From NCBI GenBank assembly GCA_003282445.1, contig QBZE01000003.1, positions 11,455-75,454 on the forward strand: DNA of 64,000 bases. Direction: 5' to 3'. Position numbers and translations under genes: made by a program. Below the pieces are notes generated by a model, which worked only from the letters and a program-made list of their open reading frames with translations, ran no database searches and was not told the DNA's origin. This stretch comes from OCS155 cluster bacterium AG-333-G23. GTDB lineage: Bacteria > Actinomycetota > Acidimicrobiia > Actinomarinales > Actinomarinaceae. Within the stretch, counting starts at the first letter, position 1. Every line of letters begins with the position of its first letter. This document shows positions 26,275-36,921 of this stretch, one piece after another.

Positions 26275-27371
26275 TTAACCCCTGTCTACGCCATTTTAGA
26301 TACTCTTTTATAAAAATGGAAATATCGCCATCCAATACAGATTGGATATTTCCTACTTCAATACTAGTTCTAGCATCTTTTACTTGTTGATAAGGTTGCA
26401 TAACATAAGAACGAATTTGTCTTCCCCAGCCTGCTTCTACTTGTTCTCCTCTGATATCGTCTAATTTTTTTAATTGTTCTTCTCTTTCCAATAATGTAAT
26501 TTTTGATTTTAATAAATCTAAAGCTCTAACCTTATTTTGCAATTGTGACCTTTCAGCTTGGCACGCAACTACTATCCCCGTTGGAATATGTGTAATTCTG
26601 ACTGCTGAGTCTGTTGTGTTGACATGCTGACCTCCAGCACCAGATGATCTATAAACGTCTACTCTTATTTCATCATCTTTTATATTCACTTCGTCAGAAT
26701 TTTCAATTAAAGGAACTACATCTATTCCAGCAAAACTTGTATGACGTCTTTTATTACTGTCGAAAGGACTTATCCTTACGAGTCTATGTACTCCTCTTTC
26801 GCTTTCTAAAAGACCGTACGCGCGATAAGACTTTACCCTAATTGAAACTGATTTTATTCCTGCCTCCTCACCACTTGAAATTTCTTCAATTTCATAATCC
26901 ATATTTTCATTATCAAGAAATCTCGTATACATTCTAAATAGAATATCTGCCCAATCATGAGCATCAACACCACCTGCTCCAGCATTAATATTTAGAACAG
27001 CACTTAAATTATCGTATTCACCATTAAATAAGGATTCTTCTTCTAGAACTGCTAGTTTGGTCTCAAAATCTTTTATCTGAATTTTCACCTCTTCTAATTC
27101 AGAAATTTCGTCTTTGCTTAATTCAATTAATTCATTTAAATCATTTAAATCATTCTCTAGCTTATTTAATAAACTGATAACTTTTTCTATTGACGAGGCC
27201 TCTTTGGTAATAGTTTTTGCATCTTTGTTACTAGACCAAAAATCTTTATCTGATATTAATGAGTTAAGCTCTTTTAATTTTTTTGTTTTCGAATCAAAGT
27301 CAAAGATACTCCTTAGCTGAAGCAAGTCTTTCAAGAAGTTTTTCCAAACGGTTTAATAATTCTTTATACAT
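26267..27371 (-). CDS. prfB: Peptide chain release factor 2, expressed via a programmed +1 frameshift
   Basis: Frame 0: ATG at 27371, MYKELLNRLEKLLERLASAKEYL, then TGA at 27302..27300. The +1 frame continues DFDSKTKKLKEL...SPF...GGQHVNTTDSAVRITH (SPF and GGQ motifs). The track ORF 26267..27334 is only the +1-frame part. Confidence 0.93.
27299..27314 (-). promoter_or_regulatory. prfB +1 frameshift site: internal Shine-Dalgarno plus CUU UGA C
   Basis: Minus strand reads AAG GAG TAT CTT TGA C. The E. coli prfB site, as I remember it, is AGG GGG UAU CUU UGA C. Confidence 0.9.
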
Positions 27372-27374
27372 AAC

Positions 27375-29948
27375 TTATCCATGACACTTTTTGTATTTTA
27401 ATCCAGACCCACAATCACATGGGTCATTTCTTCCTATCTTTTTATTATTCTTCTGTTTTTCTAGGTTATTAGGCTTTGGTTTTTTTTGTTCTTTTATTGC
27501 TGAAGAATCAAAATTAAGTAATAGTCTAACTACAGATAATTTAACATTGTAAATTAACTCTTCAAATAAATCATATCCTTCCTTTTGATACTCTACTAAT
27601 GGATCTCTTTGGCCCATTGCTCTAAGCCCTATACCTGATCGCAAATAATCCATTTCAGAGAGATGATTTTTCCAAAGTTGATCAATAAAAGAAAGAGAAG
27701 AAAGCCTTGCTATATTCCAAAAATCTACATTATTTGATTCAGCATTCTGATCAAATAATTTACTAATTAAGCTAGAAATTTCTAATTCTTCATTTAATTT
27801 TGTGTTATTTAGTATTGATAACTTGTTAGATTCATTTAATAATAAATTCAATTCTTCATGAACCAAGCTTTCAAAATGATCTAAATTTTCATAGTTTCTT
27901 TTATGATTTTCGATATTGTTATGCAAAACTTCATTTACATCCTCCAACCACTCATAAATTAAGTCAGTTATATCATCTGACTTTAACAATCTTCTTCTCC
28001 ATTTATAAATTACTTCTCTTTGTTGATTAAGCACCTGATCAAATTTGAGCACATTTTTTCTAATTTCAAAATTTAATGACTCAACTTGAGCTTGGGCTCT
28101 TTCAATGCTTTTTGTCACCATATTCTGCTCTATTCTTTCGTTGTCTGGAAGCTTCAGCTTGTCCATAATTGATTGGATTCTCTCACCCTGAAATCTTCTC
28201 ATTAAATCATCTTCAAGACTGATATAAAATCTTGACTCACCTGGATCTCCCTGTCTTCCTGATCTTCCTCTTAACTGATTGTCAATCCTCCTAGACTCAT
28301 GTCTTTCAGTACCTATTACATAAAGACCTCCTAGGTTTAAAACTTCTTTCTTTTCATCTGATGTAATTTTTTCATTTTGTTCAATTTGTTCTTTTATATA
28401 TTGAGAATCATCTAATTTATTTTCATTTTTTGCTGCATGTAAAGCCATGTGCTCAGTGTTACCTCCTAATTTAATGTCAACACCTCTTCCAGCCATATTT
28501 GTTGCTACCGTTACAGCTTTCAACCTGCCTGCCTGAGCTATAATAGAAGCCTCCTCCTCGTGGTTCTTTGCATTCAAAACTGAATGTTTTATGCCTTTAT
28601 TTGTTAAAGATTTTGAAATTTCTTCTGAAGATTCAACTGATACAGTGCCTACAAGTATTGGTTGCCCTTTATCATTTCTCTCTTTTATATCTTCAATAGC
28701 AGCTTCTATTTTTGCATTATTTGTTTTATAAACTGCATCTTGATTGTCAACACGAGCTATAGGAAGATTTGTTGGAATCTCTAATACTTCAAGATTATAA
28801 ATTTGTATTAATTCTTCTTCTTCTGTTTTCGCTGTACCAGTCATCCCTGAAAGGTTTTCATACATTCTAAAATAATTTTGATAAGTTATTGATGCTAATG
28901 TTTGATTTTCATCTTGAATTCTTACATTTTCTTTTGCTTCAATTGCTTGGTGTAACCCGTCTGAATATCGTCTGCCTTCTAATATTCTTCCAGTAAATTC
29001 ATCGACAATTTTTATTTGTCCTTCTGAAACAATGTAATCAACATCCTTCAAATAAACTGCATTAGCCCTTAAAGAAGCGGTTAAATAATGTATGAAATTT
29101 GTTTCTGTATTTTCATACATATTAGATATTCCTAATCTTGACTCTACAAACTCAATTCCTTCTTCTGTAGGATGAATTTGTTTTTTTGATTCATCAATTT
29201 CATAATGAATATCTTGTTTCATTGACTTAACAATCTTTGAAAATTGTTGATACCATTTTGTTGATTCTTCGACTACTCCTGAAATAATTAGAGGTGTTCT
29301 AGCTTCATCAACTAAAATTGAATCAACTTCATCTACAACTGCATAAAATAGTTCACCTTGAGTTAACTGTTCTTTATTTTGAGCCATATTGTCTCTTAAA
29401 TAATCGAAGCCAAATTCATTATTTGTACCGTAAGTTATATCTTTTCTATAAGCATCTATTTTTTCTTGATACTCTTGATTTGAAAAAATTAATCCAACAT
29501 CTAATCCAAGAAAGTTATAAATTGGCTTCATCCACTCAGCATCTCGTTTAGCAAGATAATCATTAACGGTTACAACATGAACTCCTTTTCCAAATAACGA
29601 CATTAGAGAGATGGGCAAAGTAGATACTAAAGTTTTACCTTCTCCTGTTTTCATTTCAGCAATTTTATTTCTAAGTAGAACTAGACCTCCAAAGAGCTGC
29701 ACATCATAATGTCTTTCATTAATGGTTCTTTTTGCAGCTTCTCTAACTAGGGAGAATGCCTCTACTTCAATATTATGCTTATCAGTTTGACCAATATCTA
29801 CTTTTAGTTTTTGAAATGATTCTTTAATTTCAGTATCAGTTAATTTAGTAACTTCTTCTTCTTTTGAATTTATAGAATCAATTTGTGCATTAAGCTCAGT
29901 TGCAAGTTTTCCGCTTCCAATTGTTAGAGCTTTTTTAAATATATTCAA
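27375..29948 (-). CDS. secA: Preprotein translocase ATPase SecA
   Basis: MKTGEGKTL Walker A, DEAD-like VDEVDSILVDEARTPLIISG, and a C-terminal zinc finger CDCGSGLKYKKCHG. Confidence 0.97.
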   Translation of the reverse strand: MNIFKKALTIGSGKLATELNAQIDSINSKEEEVTKLTDTEIKESFQKLKVDIGQTDKHNIEVEAFSLVREAAKRTINERHYDVQLFGGLVLLRNKIAEMKTGEGKTLVSTLPISLMSLFGKGVHVVTVNDYLAKRDAEWMKPIYNFLGLDVGLIFSNQEYQEKIDAYRKDITYGTNNEFGFDYLRDNMAQNKEQLTQGELFYAVVDEVDSILVDEARTPLIISGVVEESTKWYQQFSKIVKSMKQDIHYEIDESKKQIHPTEEGIEFVESRLGISNMYENTETNFIHYLTASLRANAVYLKDVDYIVSEGQIKIVDEFTGRILEGRRYSDGLHQAIEAKENVRIQDENQTLASITYQNYFRMYENLSGMTGTAKTEEEELIQIYNLEVLEIPTNLPIARVDNQDAVYKTNNAKIEAAIEDIKERNDKGQPILVGTVSVESSEEISKSLTNKGIKHSVLNAKNHEEEASIIAQAGRLKAVTVATNMAGRGVDIKLGGNTEHMALHAAKNENKLDDSQYIKEQIEQNEKITSDEKKEVLNLGGLYVIGTERHESRRIDNQLRGRSGRQGDPGESRFYISLEDDLMRRFQGERIQSIMDKLKLPDNERIEQNMVTKSIERAQAQVESLNFEIRKNVLKFDQVLNQQREVIYKWRRRLLKSDDITDLIYEWLEDVNEVLHNNIENHKRNYENLDHFESLVHEELNLLLNESNKLSILNNTKLNEELEISSLISKLFDQNAESNNVDFWNIARLSSLSFIDQLWKNHLSEMDYLRSGIGLRAMGQRDPLVEYQKEGYDLFEELIYNVKLSVVRLLLNFDSSAIKEQKKPKPNNLEKQKNNKKIGRNDPCDCGSGLKYKKCHG

Positions 29949-29951
29949 ATT

Positions 29952-31196
29952 TCAGCTTGTGCCATGCTCCCAGGAATCTAGATATTTAATTTGCTCATCA
30001 GATAATATCTCTAACTCGCCACCCATTATGCTTAATTTTGTAGCAGCTATTTTAATATCTACTTCCTTAGGTAATGTGTATACCTTTGATTCTAGTTTTT
30101 TATGATTATCTTTTATCCATTCTGATGCCAAAGCTTGATTTGCGAAAGACATATCCATAACTGAGGCTGGGTGCCCTGTAGCTGCTGCAAGATTAACTAA
30201 TCTTCCTTCTGCTAGAACTAAAATTTCTTTATCTTTATATTTATAGCTCTCTACATGTTCTCTTACTTTCTCTACTTTTGTACTTTCATTCTTAAGTGCT
30301 TCCAAATTTATTTCTACATCAAAATGGCCAGCATTTGCCAATGCAACTCCATCTTTCATGACATCAAAATGTTGTTTATCTAATGCATGTAAATTTCCTG
30401 TAACAGAAATAATGACATCTGCAATTTTTGCCGCATTTAATGACGTTTTAACTTCATACCCATGCATAAGTGCTTCAAGAGCTCTTACAGAATCTGGCTC
30501 AACAACTGTAACTTTTGCTCCCATGCCATATGCTCTCTCTGCTACACCTTTTCCACAATCACCAAAACCAATTACAACTACATTTAATCCTGCTATTAAT
30601 AAATCTGTTGCTCTAACTACTCCATCCATTGCACTCTGTCCTGTTCCAAATCTGTTGTCAAACAAATGCTTCGTATCAGAATCATTTACGGCTACAACCG
30701 GAAACCTTAATTTATTATTTTTTTCCATTGACTTAAGCCTTATAACTCCTGTTGTTGTTTCTTCCATTGAACCCATTATTGGAATATCTGTTCTTTCAGT
30801 ATGAAGTAATGAAACGAGATCAGCACCATCATCCATTGTTATATCTGGTTCGGTATCTAAAACAGAATTAAGATGTTTAAAAAATTCTTCATTTGAAACA
30901 CCCCATACAGCATGTACTTCAATATCATTTTCTGCAAGATAAGCAGCAACAGAATCTTTCGTTGACAAGGGGTTGGATGCACAAAGAGCAACATTAGCTC
31001 CTCCCTCTTTTAAGGTAAGCATTAAGTTCGCAGTTTCTTTAGTGACATGCATACAGGCACCAATATTTAAACCATCTAAAGGTTTATTTTTAGAAAAATC
31101 ATTTCTAATTTCTTCAAGAACGAGCATTTGTCTAGCAGCCCAAGCAACTTCTTCACTTCCTATTTCAGCTAATTTTACATCTTTAATTGTTGACAA
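29952..31196 (-). CDS. ahcY: Adenosylhomocysteinase
   Basis: Typical SAHH motifs: AWAARQM..L, CASNPLSTKD, DDGADL, the NAD fold VIGFGDCGKG, and EILVLAEGRLVNLAAATGHP. Confidence 0.95.
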   Translation of the reverse strand: MSTIKDVKLAEIGSEEVAWAARQMLVLEEIRNDFSKNKPLDGLNIGACMHVTKETANLMLTLKEGGANVALCASNPLSTKDSVAAYLAENDIEVHAVWGVSNEEFFKHLNSVLDTEPDITMDDGADLVSLLHTERTDIPIMGSMEETTTGVIRLKSMEKNNKLRFPVVAVNDSDTKHLFDNRFGTGQSAMDGVVRATDLLIAGLNVVVIGFGDCGKGVAERAYGMGAKVTVVEPDSVRALEALMHGYEVKTSLNAAKIADVIISVTGNLHALDKQHFDVMKDGVALANAGHFDVEINLEALKNESTKVEKVREHVESYKYKDKEILVLAEGRLVNLAAATGHPASVMDMSFANQALASEWIKDNHKKLESKVYTLPKEVDIKIAATKLSIMGGELEILSDEQIKYLDSWEHGTS

Positions 31197-31197
31197 C

Positions 31198-32193
31198 TTA
31201 ATCCTCCAATAATTTTTTTAAATTTTCTATTCCTTCAATATCTTCTGGAATCATATTTAGTTCATCTGCCAAAGATATACTAAAAAGATCCCCCAATAAT
31301 ACCAACTCCATAAGTTTAGATAGTGTTGTGGATTGAGATTTTGGTTCAATATTAAAAATTTCTACTTTTTCTCCAAGTAATTTTTGTGTTAAATCAAATC
31401 TTTTTGCAATTTGAGAATTTTCAGAATTATCTCTTAACAAAATTAATACATAATTTGACTTACTTCCTTCAACGTCTGCATCCCAAGATAAAATTTCATT
31501 ATGATGAACTTCAGGCATTGATCCTACAAAAGCTTTTGATTTTGCATTCTCATTAATTTGAGTTTTCCATCTTGAAGCAACTAACTCAGTTAAATCTGTT
31601 CCACCATATATTATGCATGTTTTTTTATTTATCTGTTTAGCAATTTTTTTTGCTTCTATAAATATTTCTGAATCTTCTTCGTCATTAAGTATCCCGTTCA
31701 AATAATTACCAACGTCTCTTAACTCATTTAGGAAATTAGTCCCCTCAACAATATCTACAATTTTGCTTACAGCTTGAGTCAAGTATCCAAAAGCGGCTCT
31801 TGGTTGGAGACCATCTGGAATTTTAATATATTCTTTATTGTGCTCTATTGCAAGATCAATTAATTTGCCTCCGCTTGAGATAACAGCCCAGTCTAAATTA
31901 TTTTTTATAGCATCGTTTAATCCTGATAATGTTTCTTCTGTATTGCCTGAATAAGATATAAATAAGCATAAAGGCTTTACTTCCATTATTTTTTTTGGAA
32001 TTGAATATGACTTCCTTACAGTAATTTTTTTTGAACTTACTTCATTAGATAACAAAGATAGAACGTCTCCTGAAACTCCGGAACCTCCCATTCCCATTAT
32101 CAATAAAGAATCATATTGAATTGAATCAATATTTTCCGAAAATTCAAGTTCTTCTTGAACTTGATTTCCTAATTCAAAAGCTACATTTACCAT
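31198..32193 (-). CDS. SIS-domain bifunctional phosphoglucose/phosphomannose isomerase-like protein
   Basis: GMGGSG and SYSGNTEET SIS motifs. Its position between manB and ahcY matches mycobacterial gene order as I remember it. Confidence 0.75.
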   Translation of the reverse strand: MVNVAFELGNQVQEELEFSENIDSIQYDSLLIMGMGGSGVSGDVLSLLSNEVSSKKITVRKSYSIPKKIMEVKPLCLFISYSGNTEETLSGLNDAIKNNLDWAVISSGGKLIDLAIEHNKEYIKIPDGLQPRAAFGYLTQAVSKIVDIVEGTNFLNELRDVGNYLNGILNDEEDSEIFIEAKKIAKQINKKTCIIYGGTDLTELVASRWKTQINENAKSKAFVGSMPEVHHNEILSWDADVEGSKSNYVLILLRDNSENSQIAKRFDLTQKLLGEKVEIFNIEPKSQSTTLSKLMELVLLGDLFSISLADELNMIPEDIEGIENLKKLLED

Positions 32194-33534
32194 TTATACC
32201 TTAATTATATTTGTTATCTCGTTTATGAGGTTATTAAGAGTTTCTTCGTCTTCTGCCTCAGCATTAAGTCTTAATTTTGGTTCAGTATTAGACCCTCTCA
32301 CATTAAACCAGTAGTTATCAGCAAAATAAGAGATTCCATCTAATTTATCAAAAGAATTTTCAAAAGAATTTTCAATTTTTTCCAGACTCTCTTGGACACT
32401 AGTAACTTCAAAATTTATTTCGCCTGAGGTAGGTGGAAAGTTATAGCTATCAATAAGCTCTGAGGCTTTTACATTCTTTTCTGAAAGTATTTGCAAAAAT
32501 ATTAACAACATAACAATTCCTGAATCAGCATAATAATTTTCTTTAAGATAAAAGTGAGCACTATGCTCACCACCAAAATCAGCTTCCTCTTCTCTCATGA
32601 TTTGTTTTATATAAGAATGACCAACTTTAGCTCTTATTGTAGTAATCCCCTTTTTCTTCAAGTAGTTAACCACTGAAGGTGAGACGTTAACATTATGTAC
32701 TATTTTTAAATTATCTTTTTTTTCATTTAACCAATCTGAAACAAGAGCTGTCATTAAACTGCCAGAAATTAAATTGCCTTTGTCATCCAAGAAAACTGCT
32801 CTATCAGCATCTCCATCAAAAGCTACTCCAAATGCTTTATTTTTAGAAATTACTAATTCTTTTAACTCTCTAAGATTTGCTGGATCAGAAGGGTCAGCAG
32901 GATGGTTTGGAAAGTTTCCGTCTACTTCCATATATAATTCATCAAAATTCAGTTTGTATGAATTATGAAGCTCTTCTATAACAGAACCTAATGCTCCATT
33001 ACCTGCATCAATAATGAAGCTGATTGTGTTTTTTACATCTGCTGGATTGACTAAGGAATTAAGGTGTTCAATGTAAGAATCAACTATATCTTCTTCCTGG
33101 AACTCAGTTTGGATTTCGATATCAATGTCTAAATTTTCTACTTTCTCTTTGATGTCCAGTAACCCTGTCTCGATGCCTATAGGTGTTGCTCCTTTATTAC
33201 AGAATTTTAATCCTGTCCATTCCTTTGGATTATGAGATGCAGTAATTACTATCCCGGGAAGATTTTCAATTCCTGATAATGAATAAACAACGTCTGTAGG
33301 GACAGTCCCAACATACAATATGGATTTATTCTTTTTGATTACACCAGATGCAACAGCATTAAGCATTTCTTTATTAGATATTCTTCCATCATGGCCAATA
33401 ATTATTTTCTCAGAATCTACAAAATCAGCATAAGCAAAACCTATCTTAAATGCTATCTCAGGAGTTAAGGTTTCACCGTAAATTCCTCTTATATCATAAG
33501 CTTTAAAAATTAAATCTAGTTTATTTTCACTCAC
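32194..33534 (-). CDS. manB: Phosphomannomutase/phosphoglucomutase
   Basis: FKAYDIRG N-terminus, active-site Ser loop TASHNPKEWTGLKF, metal loop FDGDADR. Confidence 0.93.
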   Translation of the reverse strand: MSENKLDLIFKAYDIRGIYGETLTPEIAFKIGFAYADFVDSEKIIIGHDGRISNKEMLNAVASGVIKKNKSILYVGTVPTDVVYSLSGIENLPGIVITASHNPKEWTGLKFCNKGATPIGIETGLLDIKEKVENLDIDIEIQTEFQEEDIVDSYIEHLNSLVNPADVKNTISFIIDAGNGALGSVIEELHNSYKLNFDELYMEVDGNFPNHPADPSDPANLRELKELVISKNKAFGVAFDGDADRAVFLDDKGNLISGSLMTALVSDWLNEKKDNLKIVHNVNVSPSVVNYLKKKGITTIRAKVGHSYIKQIMREEEADFGGEHSAHFYLKENYYADSGIVMLLIFLQILSEKNVKASELIDSYNFPPTSGEINFEVTSVQESLEKIENSFENSFDKLDGISYFADNYWFNVRGSNTEPKLRLNAEAEDEETLNNLINEITNIIKV

Positions 33535-33549
33535 TATTTAGTTATTGTA

Positions 33550-34290
33550 ATGATAATGGGAGCCAAGTTCACAATAAATAATTTTTCGGTAGTAGTTCCT
33601 ATTTTTAACGAAGAAGAAATTCTTTTAGATTCGTGCAATAAAATTTTTGAAATTTGCAATAAAATGGATCTTGATTTTGAAATTATATTTTCTGAAAATG
33701 GTTCTACTGACAAAACGTTATCCTTAATTAATGATTTTGTACTTAAAAGACCTGAATGCAAAGTTATTTCAAATAAGATAGCTAATTACGGAACAGCTTT
33801 AAGGAATGGGTTCATGGAAGCAAAAAATGAGATGATTATTTCTTTTGATATAGATTATTTTTCTGAAACATTCCTTCATGATTCATTGTCTTTAGAGAAG
33901 AAATATTCTGTAATAACTGCATCAAAAAGATTAAATGAATCTGAGGATGGAAGGAAACTTATACGAAGAATAGCAACTAATTTTTTTGTCTTAATACTAA
34001 AATTTTTCTTTCAAACATCAATGTCTGATACACATGGAATGAAGGGTGTTAGAAAATCTTCTTGTGAAAAGCACATAGACAAAGTAGTTTCTACTCAAGA
34101 TCTATTTGACACAGAACTTCTCTTAAGAATCGAGAGATCTGGTGAAAAGATTTATGAGGTTCCTGCAATGGTAAATGAAATCAGACCAAGCGTTTCAGTT
34201 ATTTATTCTAGAATTCCAAGAACAATATACAGTTTAATTAAATTAAGAATTCAACTATTTAAAGAATCCTTAAAAACAAAAAACTTATAA
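33550..34290 (+). CDS. GT2-family glycosyltransferase, polyprenol-phosphate sugar synthase-like (GtrB/Ppm1/CsbB-type)
   Basis: FSVVVPIFNEEE, ENGSTDKT, and the ISFDIDY DxD-like motif. Soluble, 246 aa, GtrB-like size class. Adjacent to GtrA and a GT-C-like protein. Confidence 0.8.
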   Translation: MIMGAKFTINNFSVVVPIFNEEEILLDSCNKIFEICNKMDLDFEIIFSENGSTDKTLSLINDFVLKRPECKVISNKIANYGTALRNGFMEAKNEMIISFDIDYFSETFLHDSLSLEKKYSVITASKRLNESEDGRKLIRRIATNFFVLILKFFFQTSMSDTHGMKGVRKSSCEKHIDKVVSTQDLFDTELLLRIERSGEKIYEVPAMVNEIRPSVSVIYSRIPRTIYSLIKLRIQLFKESLKTKNL

Positions 34291-34733
34291 ATCAAATATT
34301 TTAGAGGAAGAATAGCTCCATGAATAATTATTGTTGCAGCTAAAAATTGAATTTCATTTTCTTGTATAGAAGGGTTAAATTTATCAATGAGATACCAAAT
34401 AAATAATGGAACTATAAGATTTATTAAATTTGTAACTAAAAAATTTATAAACTCTTTAATTTTTCCCTTCTTAATTGAAAGTTTAAAAATAATTTTTCTA
34501 GAAATAAAATATGAGACAAGTACACCTAACGAAAAGGAAAATACATTTGTTAGATAAGTTCTAAGTGGAATTTCAACTGAGCTTAAAACTAGAAATTGAA
34601 AAATATAATTTAGTATTAGACCAAAAACTAAATTAAAACCACCAACTATATAGGTTCTTAGTAATTGTGCAGATGATGTATCTCCCGAAATAAAGGGTAA
34701 TTTCCTTACTAATAAAAGTAATTTTTCATACAT
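34251..34733 (-). CDS. GtrA-family membrane protein (putative polyprenol-P-sugar flippase)
   Basis: 160 aa, four TM. The N-terminal (R/K)..(Y/F)..VG..........(L/I)...(F/L) pattern is typical of GtrA. Confidence 0.7.
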   Translation of the reverse strand: MYEKLLLLVRKLPFISGDTSSAQLLRTYIVGGFNLVFGLILNYIFQFLVLSSVEIPLRTYLTNVFSFSLGVLVSYFISRKIIFKLSIKKGKIKEFINFLVTNLINLIVPLFIWYLIDKFNPSIQENEIQFLAATIIIHGAILPLKYLIYKFFVFKDSLNS

Positions 34734-36921
34734 TATCTTTAACTCTCCAAAAAAGTATCAGTGATAAGAGTAACGAAAATATTCCAAAATAGAAAGAGTA
34801 GGTTTCAATGTTAACTCTCTCAAAAGATAGAACCACTTTATTCTCATAGGGAATAATTGACATAAATGAAGGAGAAATTCTATATGGGCCAAGACCTTCA
34901 TCTATTTTCCAATTAGGAAAATATGAAACTTTTATAATATGAAGTTCATTAGGTTTGTTTGTAGTGAATTTAATTTCACTAGAAGAAATTTTTAAATCAC
35001 TTATTACTAAGTCACTATCATTTGAGGAGTTTAGACTTACGCCTAAAGGAAGTTCAATAACTCTATATTCGTCTAAGTACCGAAAATTATCATAAGCCTT
35101 ATTAAAAAAGTTATCATATTCTGTATCTCTGAATAGGGAACTACTGGTTCTTTCATAAAATGATATACGTGGAAATGTTTCTAATCTCTGGTTAACTAGT
35201 TCAATTTTTTTTGTATTAATTTGGAAAACTGAAAAAGGTTCCGAAACGAATAATAATTTTAGATCTTTATTATCAATTGCTTTATCTTTAATAGAATCTG
35301 TATAAGAGATAAAGTAATCAATACCGAGGTCTTTTAAATAGTCAACTCCTTTTTGAAAATCGTTATTTATATAAGACAGACCTCCCACAGGGTTTGAAGG
35401 TTTTTCAGCAAGCCCTGACACAGCTATAAAATGGAAAGGAGTAGTGAGGCTTGAGTCAAAATAAAGACCTTCCATACTTGTGTGTTCTGTAAATAAAGGT
35501 ATTGTCATAAGCACCATTGGTGTTCCATACTTATTTAAATCTGAATTTGGTTCCCACATTATTCGTCCTGGAGGTAATTTTTCTAAGGAAGAATAAAGAG
35601 CCTCAATATCTGACCAGTCATCTTTACCTTCATACCCTGTAAAATTCCAGTTAACCCAATGAGGCAAAAAAGACATTGAAGAAATTACAAATACAAAAAC
35701 TCCTAAATTAAATAAGTTATATGTAGAGTGATAAAAAAGTACAACTCCTAATAAACTTAAAATAAATAAAGACACTATGAACAATCTATATCTATCGTAT
35801 TCAATCCATTTTTCATAAAAAACATAAGAACAAGCAAGAATCGAAGTAAGTATTATTAGGTTTGTTATTAAATTACCTTGTTGAAATTGAAGAGTCTCTT
35901 TAATAAGAAAGTTTAAAATTTTAAAGAAAATAATTATCATTCCTAAATTAAAAAAAGGAACCATTCTTCCATTCCATAAAGCTCCTTCGGGAACATAAAA
36001 ATACAAAATTACTGAAACTATTAGTAAATAAAATTCAAAAATAGAAAATACTTTATTCTCTTTTAATTTTTTAAAATTGAATCTCCCTAAAAGAAATAGA
36101 AATAATAAAAATGTGTAGGGCAAAATATCTGCTTTAATTAAGTCCTTTACTCTTGTATAAGGGGTATACCCCATATTTGTAGTAAATTCTAAGTTATAAA
36201 TCAATGGAACGATAAATCTAGTTACCAAAGTTGTAAATATAAAAATTGAGATTAACTTTAATTCAAATTTTTCTTTCTTAATAAGCCAGTAAATTGCGTA
36301 AGCAGGAAGATATAAGATAAATGGTATTAAATGTGATAATAAACAAAGGGATAAGAAAACTGAACTTATAGGAACTTTATATTTATGCGTTGATTTGATA
36401 ATGTAGTAAATAGCTAGATTCGCAAAAGCCAGGGAGTAAGTAAAAGAAAACTGTCCTGCGAGAGTAGAAGCTAAATTACCACCATAGATTGTAAATGATT
36501 CTGTAAGTGCAAACATTAAACCCGCTACAACACCTACGTGTGAAAATAGATGGTCTTCTTTCCTAAATAATTTTTCAATTGAGTAAACAATAAGAATAAT
36601 TGATCCAGCAACCATTATTTTAAAAGCTACTCCATAAGGTAGGATTAGGTTTAAAAAATATGTCAAAATAGCTGGGAATGGAAAATAAAAATAATAAGCA
36701 GGATATCCAGCAAACCAGTCGTTGGACCACCCGTTAATCTTGAAGCTTGATGCAAAATTCTCTATGAAATACTTTATAGGTACTACATGTGCACCCATAT
36801 CTCCTCCAGTTGGAGTATTATCTAAAAAAATTAAATCTACTCTAAGAATGATTAGAACCATCGAATAATAAATTACTTGAGTTGCGTCAAATTTTGTTAT
36901 TTTTTCATTCAATAATTTCAT
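34726..36921 (-). CDS. Large polytopic membrane protein, putative GT-C-fold glycosyltransferase
   Basis: 731 aa. At least 12 TM segments in the first ~430 aa, with the acidic motif DNTPTGGDMGAH just after TM1, then a ~270-aa soluble domain and a terminal TM. Overlaps gtrA by 8 nt. Confidence 0.6.
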   Translation of the reverse strand: MKLLNEKITKFDATQVIYYSMVLIILRVDLIFLDNTPTGGDMGAHVVPIKYFIENFASSFKINGWSNDWFAGYPAYYFYFPFPAILTYFLNLILPYGVAFKIMVAGSIILIVYSIEKLFRKEDHLFSHVGVVAGLMFALTESFTIYGGNLASTLAGQFSFTYSLAFANLAIYYIIKSTHKYKVPISSVFLSLCLLSHLIPFILYLPAYAIYWLIKKEKFELKLISIFIFTTLVTRFIVPLIYNLEFTTNMGYTPYTRVKDLIKADILPYTFLLFLFLLGRFNFKKLKENKVFSIFEFYLLIVSVILYFYVPEGALWNGRMVPFFNLGMIIIFFKILNFLIKETLQFQQGNLITNLIILTSILACSYVFYEKWIEYDRYRLFIVSLFILSLLGVVLFYHSTYNLFNLGVFVFVISSMSFLPHWVNWNFTGYEGKDDWSDIEALYSSLEKLPPGRIMWEPNSDLNKYGTPMVLMTIPLFTEHTSMEGLYFDSSLTTPFHFIAVSGLAEKPSNPVGGLSYINNDFQKGVDYLKDLGIDYFISYTDSIKDKAIDNKDLKLLFVSEPFSVFQINTKKIELVNQRLETFPRISFYERTSSSLFRDTEYDNFFNKAYDNFRYLDEYRVIELPLGVSLNSSNDSDLVISDLKISSSEIKFTTNKPNELHIIKVSYFPNWKIDEGLGPYRISPSFMSIIPYENKVVLSFERVNIETYSFYFGIFSLLLSLILFWRVKDNV

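Noticed and set aside
29952-33534. Riboswitches or leader RNAs upstream of ahcY, manB, thrC/hom, prs and cofD
   Set aside because: The upstream gaps are 0-46 nt, too short for any known riboswitch aptamer. Nothing structured was visible.
33534-33761. Track ORFs 33534..33761 (-) and 19400..19627 (-)
   Set aside because: They overlap the well-supported GT2 gene and the DUF3152-like gene, respectively, on the opposite strand. Their composition is low-complexity and they carry no motifs.
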